From contig CBDFLJ010000002.1 of assembly GCA_965248835.1 (NCBI GenBank), forward strand, positions 704,001 through 768,000: a stretch of DNA of 64,000 bases. The letters run 5' to 3'. Position numbers and translations under genes: made by a program. Source of the DNA: Alphaproteobacteria bacterium (GTDB lineage: Bacteria > Pseudomonadota > Alphaproteobacteria > MPNO01). Shown in pieces: positions 43,836 to 53,729 of this stretch; position 1 is the first letter of the stretch, and every line of letters starts with the position of its first letter. The notes under the pieces are model-generated. The model made no database searches and was not told the origin of the DNA. It was given only the letters and a program-made list of their open reading frames with translations.

Positions 43836-44444
43836 ATGACCCCGGCGGTTCAGGACGCGCGTGTCACCGTGGAGGACAAGCTCCGCGCCGATCTGTACGA
43901 TTTCCTGGGTGCGTTGCTGGCCGGGCCGCCGGACCAGGCGCTGCTGCGCAAATTCGCAGCCCTGTCGGGCGATGACACCGAGCTGGGCCGGGCGATCCAG
44001 GCACTGAGCAGGGTCGCGTCGGCCGCCACGCCAAGGGCGGTCGAGGACGAGTTCAACACCCTCTTCGTCGGGCTCGGCCGGGGCGAGCTGCTGCCCTATG
44101 GCAGCTACTACCTGACCGGTTTCCTGAACGAAAAGCCGCTGGCCGCGCTCCGCGACGACATGAAGACGCTGGCGATCACCCGCGCACCCGACGTGTTCGA
44201 GCCCGAGGATCACATCGCCAGCCTGCTGGAAATGATGGCGGGCATGATCACCGGCCGTTTCAGCGGACCGGTTTCTATGGATCAATTCAAAAGATTCTTT
44301 GACAAGCACGTCGGGCCGTGGGCCGGCCATTTTTTTGCGGATCTGGAAAGTGCAAAGAATTCAGTATTTTACGCTCCGGTCGGCGCGGCCGGCCGCGCCT
44401 TCATGGAGATCGAAAAAGAATCGTTTCGGATGATTTCCGGCTAA
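43836..44444 (+). CDS. TorD/DmsD-family molybdo/tungstoenzyme chaperone
   Basis: LPYGSYYL and EPEDHIA. Confidence 0.88.
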   Translation: MTPAVQDARVTVEDKLRADLYDFLGALLAGPPDQALLRKFAALSGDDTELGRAIQALSRVASAATPRAVEDEFNTLFVGLGRGELLPYGSYYLTGFLNEKPLAALRDDMKTLAITRAPDVFEPEDHIASLLEMMAGMITGRFSGPVSMDQFKRFFDKHVGPWAGHFFADLESAKNSVFYAPVGAAGRAFMEIEKESFRMISG

Positions 44445-44497
44445 CACCTACGAAAGTGGGTGTGCTAGGGTAAAACGGAGTAATGAAGGAGAAGTCC

Positions 44498-44689
44498 ATG
44501 CGCGAAAGAACAAAGACCGAACAGAAAAATCGCCGCGACTTTTTGAAGCTCGCTTCAGCCTCGCTTCCGGCAGCCGCAGTGGCGGCCGTGGCGGGTACAA
44601 CTGCCGAGGCGGCGACCTTGAAGGACGACGGCGAAGGGATGCGGGACACCGCACACACCCGCGCCTATTACGAGAGCGCCCGTTTCTGA
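44498..44689 (+). CDS. Small Tat-signal protein preceding FDH alpha
   Basis: NRRDFLK and TAHTRAYYESARF. Confidence 0.8.
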   Translation: MRERTKTEQKNRRDFLKLASASLPAAAVAAVAGTTAEAATLKDDGEGMRDTAHTRAYYESARF

Positions 44690-44796
44690 CCGACGCGCTC
44701 ACCCGGAATGGCCAACGGTTGCGTGACGCCCGGCGGCCATCAGGACGTCAAACCCGGCAAACCGGCACCGTCCGGGGCGCCTGAGGGAGGTTGAAG

Positions 44797-47691
44797 ATGC
44801 TGAGCAAAAAGACCAACGGGGTTGCGAGACGCCCCCAGCGGACTTCGCTCTTGTCAAACATTTCGCAGACATCCGTCGACCGGCGGACATTCATTCGCGG
44901 CTCGGGTCTCGCCATCGGCGGGTTGGCCGCGATCGGCGCGACCGGCGGCATGGTCACCAAGGCGAGCGCGCAGAAGGCTGTCCAGGGCGCGGTAAAGACC
45001 ATCAAATCGGTCTGCACCCATTGCTCGGTCGGCTGCAGCGTGATCGCGGAGGTCAATAACGGCGTTTGGGTCGGCCAGGAGCCCGGCTGGGACAGCCCGT
45101 TCAATCTCGGCGCCCATTGCGCCAAGGGGGCGGCGGTTCGCGAGCACGCCAACGGCGAACGCCGGCTCAAATACCCGATGAAGAAAATCGGCGGCAAGTG
45201 GCAGCGCATCAGCTGGATGCAAGCGATCGACGAGATCGGCGACGGCATGATGCAGATCCGCAAGGAAAGCGGGCCCGACAGTGTCTATTGGCTGGGCTCG
45301 GCGAAGTTCAGCAACGAGCAGGCCTATCTGTTCCGCAAGTTCGCGGCCTATTGGGGCTCGAACAACGTGGATCACCAGGCTCGGATCTGCCACTCGACCA
45401 CCGTTGCGGGCGTTGCGAACACATGGGGCTACGGCGCCATGACCAACTCCTACAACGACATCCACAACAGCCGCGCGATCTTTCTGATCGGCGGCAACCC
45501 CGCAGAGGCGCACCCGGTCTCGCTGCTGCATGTGCTCAGGGCCAAGGAGCAGAACAACGCGCCGCTGATCGTCTGCGATCCCCGGTTTACCCGGACCGCG
45601 GCGCATGCGGACGAATATGTGCGTTTCCGTCCCGGCTCCGACGTGGCGCTGATCTGGGGCATTCTCTGGCACCTGTTCGAGAACGGGTGGGAGGACAAGG
45701 AGTTCATCCGCACCCGGGTCTGGGGCATGGAACAGATCCGCGAAGAGGTCGCCAAGTGGACACCCGAAGAGGTGGAACGCGTGACCGGCGCCCCGGGGGC
45801 GCAGCTTCGCCGCGTCGCCCGCACCTTGGCCAACAATCGGCCCGGCACCGTGATCTGGTGCATGGGCGGCACCCAGCACACCAACGGCAACAACAACACG
45901 CGGGCCTACTGCGTGCTGCAGCTGGCGCTGGGCAATATGGGCACGAGCGGCGGCGGCACCAATATCTTCCGCGGCCATGACAACGTCCAGGGCGCGACCG
46001 ACCTCGGCATCCTCTCCCACACCCTGCCCGGCTATTACGGGCTTTCGGCGGGTGCCTGGGCCCACTGGGCGCGGGTCTGGAAAGAGGACCTAGGCTGGCT
46101 GAAGAGCCAGTTCGCCACCACCACCGGCGCCGACGGCAAACAAAAGAAACTGATGAACCTGACGGGCATTCCGGTGTCCCGCTGGATCGACGGGGTTCTT
46201 GAAGACAAGAAAAACATCGACCAGCCGGACAACCTCCGGGCCATGGTTCTTTGGGGTCACGCCCCCAACTCGCAGACGCGTCTGCAGGAGATGAAGGTCG
46301 CAATGGAGAAGTTGGACATGCTGGTCGTGATCGACCCGTATCCAACCGTCTCGGCAGTTCTTCACGACCGGACCGACGGGGTCTACCTGCTGCCCGCCTC
46401 GACCCAATTCGAGACGCGCGGCTCGGTAACCGCATCGAACCGCTCGATCCAGTGGCGCGACAAGGTTGTCGAGCCGCTCTTCGAAAGCCTGCCTGACCAG
46501 GTGATCATGGCGAAGTTCGCCAAGAAGTTCGGCTGGGCCGACCGGTTCTTCCGCAACATCAAGATGGAGGCGGAAGACGCGCCGTCGGTCGAGGACATGA
46601 CCCGCGAGATCAATGCGGGCATGTGGACGATCGGCTACACCGGTCAGTCGCCCGAGCGGCTCAAGCTGCACATGGCCAATCAGCACACCTTCAACAGGAC
46701 GACGCTGCAGGCGGTGGGCGGTCCGGCGGACGGCGACTATTACGGGATGCCTTGGCCCTGCTGGGGCACGGCCGGGATGAAACACCCGGGCACCCCCAAC
46801 CTCTACGACATGTCCAAGCCCGTCTCCGAAGGCGGCCTGACCTTCCGTGCCAGGTTCGGCGTGGAGCGCGACGGCCAGAACCTGTTGGCCGAAGGCGTTT
46901 ACTCGGCCGGCTCGGAAATCCAGGACGGGTATCCCGAGTTCACCATGCAGATGCTGATCGATCTGGGATGGGACAAGGACCTGACCGCCGAGGAGCGTGC
47001 GGCGATCGACGCCGTGGCCGGTCCGAAGACCAACTGGAAGACCGACCTTTCGGGCGGCATCCAGCGGGTTGCGATCAAGCACGAATGTGCACCGTTCGGC
47101 AATGCCAAGGCCCGCGCGGTGGTTTGGAACTTCCCGGACCCGATCCCGCTGCACCGCGAGCCGCTGTATACGCCCCGGCGTGATCTGGTGGCGGACTATC
47201 CGACCTACTCGGATCGCAAGCTCTACCGTCTGCCCACCATGTACGCCTCGATCCAGAAGAAGGATTTCTCCAAGGACTATCCGCTGATCCTGACTTCCGG
47301 TCGTCTGGTGGAATACGAGGGCGGCGGGGATGAGTCGCGGTCGAACCGCTGGCTTGCCGAGCTTCAGCAGGACATGTTCGTCGAGATCAATCCTCGAGAC
47401 GCCAACGATCTCGGCGTGCGCAACGGCGCGCAGGTCTGGCTCGAGGGTCCCGAGGGCGCTCGCGTCAAGATCATGGCCATGATCACGGAGCGCGTTGGAG
47501 CCGGGGTCGTCTTCATGCCCTTCCACTTCGGCGGGCATTTCCAAGGCGCCGATTTGAGGCACAAATACCCTGAAGGTGCCGACCCCTACGTGTTGGGCGA
47601 AAGCAGCAACACGGCGCAGACCTACGGCTACGACTCGGTCACTCTAATGCAAGAGACGAAGGCGACACTCTGCAAGATCTACACGGCATAA
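44797..47691 (+). CDS. fdhA: Formate dehydrogenase alpha subunit (Tat-exported, Cys-ligated Mo/W-bisPGD)
   Basis: DRRTFI signal, CTHCSVGC cluster motif, ARICHS and FRGHDNVQG. Confidence 0.95.
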   Translation: MLSKKTNGVARRPQRTSLLSNISQTSVDRRTFIRGSGLAIGGLAAIGATGGMVTKASAQKAVQGAVKTIKSVCTHCSVGCSVIAEVNNGVWVGQEPGWDSPFNLGAHCAKGAAVREHANGERRLKYPMKKIGGKWQRISWMQAIDEIGDGMMQIRKESGPDSVYWLGSAKFSNEQAYLFRKFAAYWGSNNVDHQARICHSTTVAGVANTWGYGAMTNSYNDIHNSRAIFLIGGNPAEAHPVSLLHVLRAKEQNNAPLIVCDPRFTRTAAHADEYVRFRPGSDVALIWGILWHLFENGWEDKEFIRTRVWGMEQIREEVAKWTPEEVERVTGAPGAQLRRVARTLANNRPGTVIWCMGGTQHTNGNNNTRAYCVLQLALGNMGTSGGGTNIFRGHDNVQGATDLGILSHTLPGYYGLSAGAWAHWARVWKEDLGWLKSQFATTTGADGKQKKLMNLTGIPVSRWIDGVLEDKKNIDQPDNLRAMVLWGHAPNSQTRLQEMKVAMEKLDMLVVIDPYPTVSAVLHDRTDGVYLLPASTQFETRGSVTASNRSIQWRDKVVEPLFESLPDQVIMAKFAKKFGWADRFFRNIKMEAEDAPSVEDMTREINAGMWTIGYTGQSPERLKLHMANQHTFNRTTLQAVGGPADGDYYGMPWPCWGTAGMKHPGTPNLYDMSKPVSEGGLTFRARFGVERDGQNLLAEGVYSAGSEIQDGYPEFTMQMLIDLGWDKDLTAEERAAIDAVAGPKTNWKTDLSGGIQRVAIKHECAPFGNAKARAVVWNFPDPIPLHREPLYTPRRDLVADYPTYSDRKLYRLPTMYASIQKKDFSKDYPLILTSGRLVEYEGGGDESRSNRWLAELQQDMFVEINPRDANDLGVRNGAQVWLEGPEGARVKIMAMITERVGAGVVFMPFHFGGHFQGADLRHKYPEGADPYVLGESSNTAQTYGYDSVTLMQETKATLCKIYTA

Positions 47692-47704
47692 GGAGAAAAC
47701 AGAG

Positions 47705-48298
47705 ATGGCAAGAGCAAAATTTCTCTGCGACGCCGAACGCTGTATCGAATGCAATGCCTGTGTGACTGCATGCAAGAACGAGCACGAGGTGCCGTGGGGG
47801 ATCAACCGGCGGAGAGTCGTGACGATCAACGACGGCAAGCCTGGTGAACGGTCGATCTCGGTGGCCTGCATGCACTGCTCGGATGCGCCGTGCATGGCCG
47901 TCTGCCCGGTGGATTGCTTCTATCAGACCGATGACGGCGTCGTGCTGCACTCCAAGGACCTCTGCATCGGCTGCGGTTATTGCTTCTATGCATGCCCCTT
48001 CGGAGCGCCGCAATTCCCGCAGGCGGGCAATTTCGGGTCCCGCGGCAAGATGGATAAGTGCACCTTCTGCGCCGGCGGCCCCGAAGAGACCCACTCGACG
48101 GCCGAGTTCGCCAAGTACGGGCGCAATCGAATCGCGGAAGGCAAGCTGCCGATCTGCGCCGAGATGTGCTCGACCAAGGCGCTGCTTGCGGGTGACGGCG
48201 ATGTCGTCTCCGGCATCTACCGCGAACGCGTGGTCGCCCGCGGCTTCGGCTCCGGCGCCTGGGGCTGGGGCACGGCTTACGGCCAAAAGGGTAGCTGA
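47705..48298 (+). CDS. fdhB: Formate dehydrogenase iron-sulfur beta subunit
   Basis: CIECNACVTAC, CMHC, CIGCGYCFYACP and KCTFC. Confidence 0.94.
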   Translation: MARAKFLCDAERCIECNACVTACKNEHEVPWGINRRRVVTINDGKPGERSISVACMHCSDAPCMAVCPVDCFYQTDDGVVLHSKDLCIGCGYCFYACPFGAPQFPQAGNFGSRGKMDKCTFCAGGPEETHSTAEFAKYGRNRIAEGKLPICAEMCSTKALLAGDGDVVSGIYRERVVARGFGSGAWGWGTAYGQKGS

Positions 48299-48403
48299 TC
48301 CGCATCGCGCAGGGGGCACTCCCATGCCCCCTGCGCCGATCGGTCATCGCGGGCGGGCACGTGCCCGCCCGCGCGCCGTTCGGCCGGTCTCAAGGGCCTT
48401 CCA

Positions 48404-49636
48404 ATGATCAAGACGCTGCGCACGCTTCTGATCCTGACGCTTGCATTATCACCGCTGGTCGCGGCGCCGACCGCCGCGCAGGAGGGCGCCGCCGCCGAGA
48501 GCGAAGCGCCGCGCGCTTCCACGGGGGGCGCCCAGACGCTGGAGGACATTCTCGCCCGCCAACGCGGTGCGAAGGTCGATGACGCGTTTCGCCGCAATGC
48601 GGTCGGCAATCCCGACAAGGCGGCCGGTATCGCCGCACAGCTCGGCACGCTGGGCGGCGCCTCGGACGCGGAGGTCTTTCGCGCCCTCCGCTACGGCAGC
48701 GCCGATGTCACCGTTTCGGCGAAGAACCCCGCCGCAGGCGTTCTGATTCAGGATTCCGGCATGTGGTGGCTGGAATTCAGGGAGGGTCCGCTATCGGTCT
48801 ATGGCGGATATCTGCTCCTGGCAATGATCGCGGTGCTCGCGCTCTACCTGCTCGTGCGAGGCCCGATCCGCATCGAGGGCGAGAAGACGGGCGAGACGAT
48901 CTTGCGGTTCAACGCCATCGAACGCTTTGGCCACTGGCTGCTCGCCGGCTCTTTCATATTGCTCGGGATCACCGGTCTGATCACGCTGTTCGGGCGGGTC
49001 GCGCTGATCCCTGTCTTCGGCAAGGAATCCTTCGCCGACATCGCCCTGGCCTCGAAATGGGTGCACAACAACGTCAGCTGGGCCTTCATGCTGGCGCTGG
49101 TGATGGTTTTCGTCTGCTGGGTGGTTCAAAACCTGCCCAACCGAACGGATCTGATATGGCTGGCCAAGGGCGGCGGGCTCTTCTCGAAGCACACCCACCC
49201 GCCGGCCCGTAAGTTCAATGCCGGACAAAAGATCATCTTCTGGGTCGTCATCATCCTGGGCGTCTCGATCTCCGCATCGGGACTGTCGCTGCTGTTCCCG
49301 TTCGAAATGCCGATGTTTGCCAAGACCTTCGCGATACTGAACGCGCTCGGATTGCCGCAGGTCGTCGGGATGGGAGAACTTTCCACGACCCTCACGCCCC
49401 ATGAGGAGATGCAATACGCCCAGCTCTGGCATTCCGTCGTCGCCTTCGTCTTCATGGCGATCATCATCGCCCATATCTATCTCGGCACGATGGGGATGGA
49501 AGGCGCGTTCGATGCGATGGAATCGGGCGAGGTCGAAAAGCAGTGGGCGAAAGAGCACCATTCGCTCTGGTATGAGGAGGTCGTCGACGAAGACCCGGTC
49601 TCCCCTCCGGACCCCCCGCCCACGCCGGCAGAATGA
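48404..49636 (+). CDS. fdhC: Formate dehydrogenase gamma subunit (cytochrome b)
   Basis: ERFGHW, WVHN, KFNAGQK, AHIY and WAKEHH. Confidence 0.92.
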   Translation: MIKTLRTLLILTLALSPLVAAPTAAQEGAAAESEAPRASTGGAQTLEDILARQRGAKVDDAFRRNAVGNPDKAAGIAAQLGTLGGASDAEVFRALRYGSADVTVSAKNPAAGVLIQDSGMWWLEFREGPLSVYGGYLLLAMIAVLALYLLVRGPIRIEGEKTGETILRFNAIERFGHWLLAGSFILLGITGLITLFGRVALIPVFGKESFADIALASKWVHNNVSWAFMLALVMVFVCWVVQNLPNRTDLIWLAKGGGLFSKHTHPPARKFNAGQKIIFWVVIILGVSISASGLSLLFPFEMPMFAKTFAILNALGLPQVVGMGELSTTLTPHEEMQYAQLWHSVVAFVFMAIIIAHIYLGTMGMEGAFDAMESGEVEKQWAKEHHSLWYEEVVDEDPVSPPDPPPTPAE

Positions 49637-49637
49637 G

Positions 49638-50951
49638 ATGGCGTTCCGGGCGCTGTTGACGGCGCTGGTCCTGATCCCGTCCGCCGCGGCGGCGGGGGCA
49701 TTCTTCACGCTCAAGGGTCACGGCGGCCCGATCAAGGGAATCGACGTCTCGCCCGACGGCAGCGCCATCCTGACGGCGAGTTTCGACTATTCCGTCGGCC
49801 TGTGGCGCGGCGGTGCGCCGGTGTGGCTCGAGGCGCACGGCGCGGCGGCCAACACCGTGCGGTTCGTCGACGAAAACCGCGCGGTTTCGGCAGGGGACGA
49901 TTTCGCCCTCTATTCCTGGGACCTCACCACGGGTGCGGGCCGGCGTCTGGGCGGCCACAAGAGCAAGGTCATTGCCCTTGCGCTGTCGCCCGACCGACGG
50001 ACGGTCGGGTCCGCGAGCTGGGACGGCACGATCGGGCTCTGGCCTCTCGACGGCGGTGCGGCGCGGTTCTTGAAGGGCCATGCCTCCGGCGTAAACGACG
50101 TCGCCTTCTCTGCGGACGGCAATGCGCTCTATTCGGGCTCGGCGGACGGCACGATTCGGATCTGGGACCTCGCCAAGGGCGTGCAGAAGCGGCTTCTGCT
50201 CAAACGCTGGTTCGGGATCAACACGCTGGTCCTGAACGGGTCCGGCGGGTGGCTGGCTTTCGGCTCGGTGGACGGGACGGTTCAGGTCGTGAACGTGGAA
50301 AGCGGCGCGGTGATCGCCGACTTTACGGCCTATCGGAGCCCCATCCTTGCAATGGCGGCCGACCGGGCGTTCGCCACCCTGGCGGTGGGGGACGGCGAGG
50401 GCTTCATCAAGGTGATCGACAGCACGGCCTGGTCGGTGTTGCGCAACTTTCGCGCAACGCTGCGCGGGCCGGTCTGGGCGCTGCGCTTTTCGGCCGACGG
50501 CAAGAATATCCACGCCGGCGGCCTCGACGATGCCATGTATAGCTGGCCCGTGGCCTCGCTCGGCGAGCACGAGCGGATGACCTCGGGCGACCGCTCGTTC
50601 CTCAGGAACCCGTCCAAGATGAGCAACGGCGAACGCCAGTTTCAGCGCAAGTGTTCGATCTGCCACGCGCTGGGGCCCGACGGGCTGCGCCGCGCGGGTC
50701 CGACCCTGTTCAGGATTTTCGGACGGCAGGCTGGCAGCCTGGCCGATTACAGCTACTCGCCGACGCTTCAGGACTCCGACATCGTCTGGAATGAAGGCAC
50801 GATCGACGCGCTGTTCGATCAAGGTCCGGATGACTTCATTCCCGGCTCGAAGATGCCCATGCAGCGCATCGCGAAACCCGCTGACAGAGATGACCTGATC
50901 GCGTTCCTCAAGCGCGTGACCACCGACACCGACCGGGGGAGCAGCAGATGA
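49638..50951 (+). CDS. WD40-repeat protein fused to a class I cytochrome c
   Basis: Repeated GH...SAS.D...W units; CSICH, AGPTL and PGSKMP. Confidence 0.88.
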   Translation: MAFRALLTALVLIPSAAAAGAFFTLKGHGGPIKGIDVSPDGSAILTASFDYSVGLWRGGAPVWLEAHGAAANTVRFVDENRAVSAGDDFALYSWDLTTGAGRRLGGHKSKVIALALSPDRRTVGSASWDGTIGLWPLDGGAARFLKGHASGVNDVAFSADGNALYSGSADGTIRIWDLAKGVQKRLLLKRWFGINTLVLNGSGGWLAFGSVDGTVQVVNVESGAVIADFTAYRSPILAMAADRAFATLAVGDGEGFIKVIDSTAWSVLRNFRATLRGPVWALRFSADGKNIHAGGLDDAMYSWPVASLGEHERMTSGDRSFLRNPSKMSNGERQFQRKCSICHALGPDGLRRAGPTLFRIFGRQAGSLADYSYSPTLQDSDIVWNEGTIDALFDQGPDDFIPGSKMPMQRIAKPADRDDLIAFLKRVTTDTDRGSSR

Positions 50952-51073
50952 AAGCCATGTTGATCGCGTTTCTGGCCATCGTGGTGATCGCCGTCGGCGC
51001 GGATGTCGCTCTCGACTATATCGGCTTCTCCACCCGGGAGATCACATCCGGCCCGTCGGTTCGCAGCGGCTGA
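50948..51073 (+). CDS. Small single-TM hypothetical protein (41 aa)
   Basis: MKAMLIAFLAIVVIAVGA...; ATGA overlap with the previous gene and GGGAG RBS. Confidence 0.55.
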   Translation: MKAMLIAFLAIVVIAVGADVALDYIGFSTREITSGPSVRSG

Positions 51074-51174
51074 TCGTCAAGCTCGAAACCAGAACAGGCG
51101 TGTCTAATACGCCCGATCGTGCTGTCTGAGGACCTGGAAACCCGCCCCCGACCGCCACAACCTTTTGATTTAAT

Positions 51175-51219
51175 TGGTGGGCGCACACGGACTCGAACCG
51201 TGGACCCGCTGATTAAGAG
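51175..51219 (-). other. 3' half of tRNA-Lys(CUU), an integration (att) core
   Basis: Minus strand CTCTTAATCAGCGGGTCCACGGTTCGAGTCCGTGTGCGCCCACCA: anticodon loop, T arm and CCA, with no 5' half. Confidence 0.9.
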
Positions 51220-51786
51220 ACGGCAACGCTTTCTGCAATGAGAGTGTCCTTAGACGGTTTCGGCGGTCTGGCGGCTCAGGAAGAACCAAGGGGTTACCGG
51301 CGATTTGTCTAAGGACGAATGATGAAAGACACGGCTATGGAGGCCTCTGACCCCGACGCCGAACACCATCTCGCCTGCTGCCCGGGGGAGACAGCCTGAT
51401 CGCAGTGTGCGGCTCGACAAGGATTGGTCGGACCGGCCGCTTTGCCGGAAGCGGCCTATCGGCTCGACTTCGGCGGCGGCGACCGGCCTGGGTGCCGATC
51501 TCCCGGGTCGAGGACAACCCGGACGGCATCGTCACGATGCCGGCGGCGCGCCTACGGGATGGGGATGATCCGATGCCGCCTCCGTGCCCGCGATGCGGCG
51601 GGCGGTTCGCGCCGGCCGGCGCGGCGGATTTGCCGGGCTGTTCGACAGGGTGCAGATTGCGGCGAGAACCGTCCGGACGGCCCCTCGGGGGCAGCGCGGC
51701 AGCCGAAATGCCCGATGTGGTCTCCCCGGGCGCGGGCGTGCAGGTTTCCCATTCGGGAAACGACATTCGATCGACCGCCGCCGGCG

Positions 51787-52143
51787 TCAGCGGCGGCGGC
51801 TGAGCGCCCGCCTGTCGGGGCCGTAGAACCTCTCCAGGTAATCGAGGACCAAGGCCCTGTCCTCGCGCTCGATCTCGGCCATTTCCTGCTCCTCGATCAT
51901 GTAGTCGATCACCTCGCTCCAGACCGAGCGGGACAGGCCCTGCTGGAGGACCAGCTTGAGCGAATGGCACGCACCGCACAGCCCGAACACTTCATCGCGC
52001 CCCGCGCCGGGGGGCAGGCCCTGGTAATCGTCCTCGACCGCGGCCGCAGCATCCCGGGGCGATTGCGCAGTCGCGGCCGGCGGCCCGAAGGCCGCCAGCC
52101 AGAGTGCGATCAGCGGGGCCGCATGGCGCGCCCCCCGACCCAT
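51787..52143 (-). CDS. sorB: Small c-type cytochrome partner of sulfite dehydrogenase (SorB-like)
   Basis: Signal peptide; LPPGAGRD...CGACHS...W...M. Confidence 0.72.
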   Translation of the reverse strand: MGRGARHAAPLIALWLAAFGPPAATAQSPRDAAAAVEDDYQGLPPGAGRDEVFGLCGACHSLKLVLQQGLSRSVWSEVIDYMIEEQEMAEIEREDRALVLDYLERFYGPDRRALSRRR

Positions 52144-52148
52144 CGGTG

Positions 52149-53453
52149 TCAGCCGACCCGCACCGAGATGCGGTGCATGGAGTTGTTCAAGTAGCCCTTC
52201 GGGTTCCAGGCGATGGCGAAGGGTTGACTGACTCCCCGGCTATCGATGGCCCGCGCCCAGACCTCGTAATACCCCTTCTCGGGGAATGCGAGGCTGGCCG
52301 ACCAGCGCTGCCATGCATAGGGGTTGTGAGGCGCCTTCAGCGCCGCCTGCTGCCAGGTGGCGCCGAAATCGATCGAGACGTCGACCCGCGCCACCGCGTG
52401 ATCGCCCGCCCAGGCATGGCCCGCCACGGCGAGCGAGCGGCCGGAAATGGTCTGTCCGGTCCCGGGCGTGGTGATCAGCGACTTTACCGGCATCGCGTGG
52501 ATGATCCCCATGGCGCTCTTGGGCACCTTCTCGCCCGGGGCCACCGGGTATTCGGGCACCCGATACGCTGTTCCGGTCATCTTGGGACCGTCATGCTCGA
52601 CATCGCGAAGCCAGATCCGCTTGAGCCATTTTTGCGAGCACGATCCCGGCCAGCCGGGAACGACCAGCCGCAACGGGGCGCCGTTCATGGCGTGCAGCGG
52701 CCCGCCGTTCATGCCGAAGGCGATCAGATTGTGCGGATTCATCGCCTTGTCGATGGGCACGCCGCGCGATATCGGCAACTTTCCTTCCTTGCCCGACAAA
52801 TGGGTATCGGCGCCGACATGGGCCGTGTAGACGACGTTCTCCTTGATCCCGGCCGCCTTGAGCACGTCGGCGAGGCGGACGCCGGTCCATTCGGCGCAGG
52901 CGACGGCGCCCAGACTCCACTGGTTGCCGCGGGCGGGCGGATCGAAGAAGGCCCGCCCATTGCCGCCGCACTCGATCAGCCGGCGTTCGGTGACGACCTG
53001 GAACCTCTTCTTGAGGTCGTCGATCCCCAGCGTCATCGGGCTGTTGACGAGACCGTCGATCCGCAGCGTCCAGCCCGCCGCATCCATGGTCTCCGGGACA
53101 ATGCCGTTATTGCGGATGAAATGCCGCGACGTCGGCGTCACCTCGTCATCGAGCAGATGAGCCGGCGTCTCCGCATTCACCGGCCGATCGTTCAATATCG
53201 TCAGCCCCTCCTTGCCGGCGATTTTCATCTGGTTGGCGGCGAGCGCCTCGGGGATGAAGCCGGCGGGCATGTTGCGGTGAAACGGTATTGCAGCACCGAT
53301 CAACGCCCCCATGCTCGCCAGACCCGCACCTCTGAGAAATCCGCGTCGATCCGCGTGGGACTCACGTCCAAAGACGAGCCGGTCCGCCCTTTCGGGATCC
53401 GATGCATAGAGCTCGAACAGATCGGCTTGCTTGCCTTGATCCGCTCTTGTCAT
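52149..53453 (-). CDS. sorA: Sulfite oxidase-family molybdoenzyme (SorA/SorT-like)
   Basis: RRGFL Tat motif; FIRNNG, ECGGNGR, GAPLRLVVPGW and WNPKGYLNN. Confidence 0.85.
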   Translation of the reverse strand: MTRADQGKQADLFELYASDPERADRLVFGRESHADRRGFLRGAGLASMGALIGAAIPFHRNMPAGFIPEALAANQMKIAGKEGLTILNDRPVNAETPAHLLDDEVTPTSRHFIRNNGIVPETMDAAGWTLRIDGLVNSPMTLGIDDLKKRFQVVTERRLIECGGNGRAFFDPPARGNQWSLGAVACAEWTGVRLADVLKAAGIKENVVYTAHVGADTHLSGKEGKLPISRGVPIDKAMNPHNLIAFGMNGGPLHAMNGAPLRLVVPGWPGSCSQKWLKRIWLRDVEHDGPKMTGTAYRVPEYPVAPGEKVPKSAMGIIHAMPVKSLITTPGTGQTISGRSLAVAGHAWAGDHAVARVDVSIDFGATWQQAALKAPHNPYAWQRWSASLAFPEKGYYEVWARAIDSRGVSQPFAIAWNPKGYLNNSMHRISVRVG

Positions 53454-53729
53454 GGTCTTTCCTCCCGAGTTGTGACTCCGCCGCTTGCGGCAGCCGGAAG
53501 GATGATAGGACGGTTAATTCGCCGGCCGCAACGGCAACAATTGCCCTGAACCGACATTTTCCCGATGACCTCGGCGCCGATCTTGACCGGCTTTTCCCGC
53601 AGCGCGGTCGGAGAACCGCGCAAAGAGCAGCGAGAGAACGCAGAGCAAGCCGAGGCCCCCGACGACCGACTGCCGGATCTCCGGAGCGGTCATGGTTGAC
53701 CCCGTCGCCGTGATGGTATTGTCCCGGTC

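Noticed and set aside
44797-47691. Selenocysteine FDH with SECIS
   Set aside because: The active-site codon is TGC (Cys) and the ORF is uninterrupted.
51175-51219. Functional tRNA-Lys gene
   Set aside because: The D arm and 5' acceptor strand are absent; only the 3' half is present.
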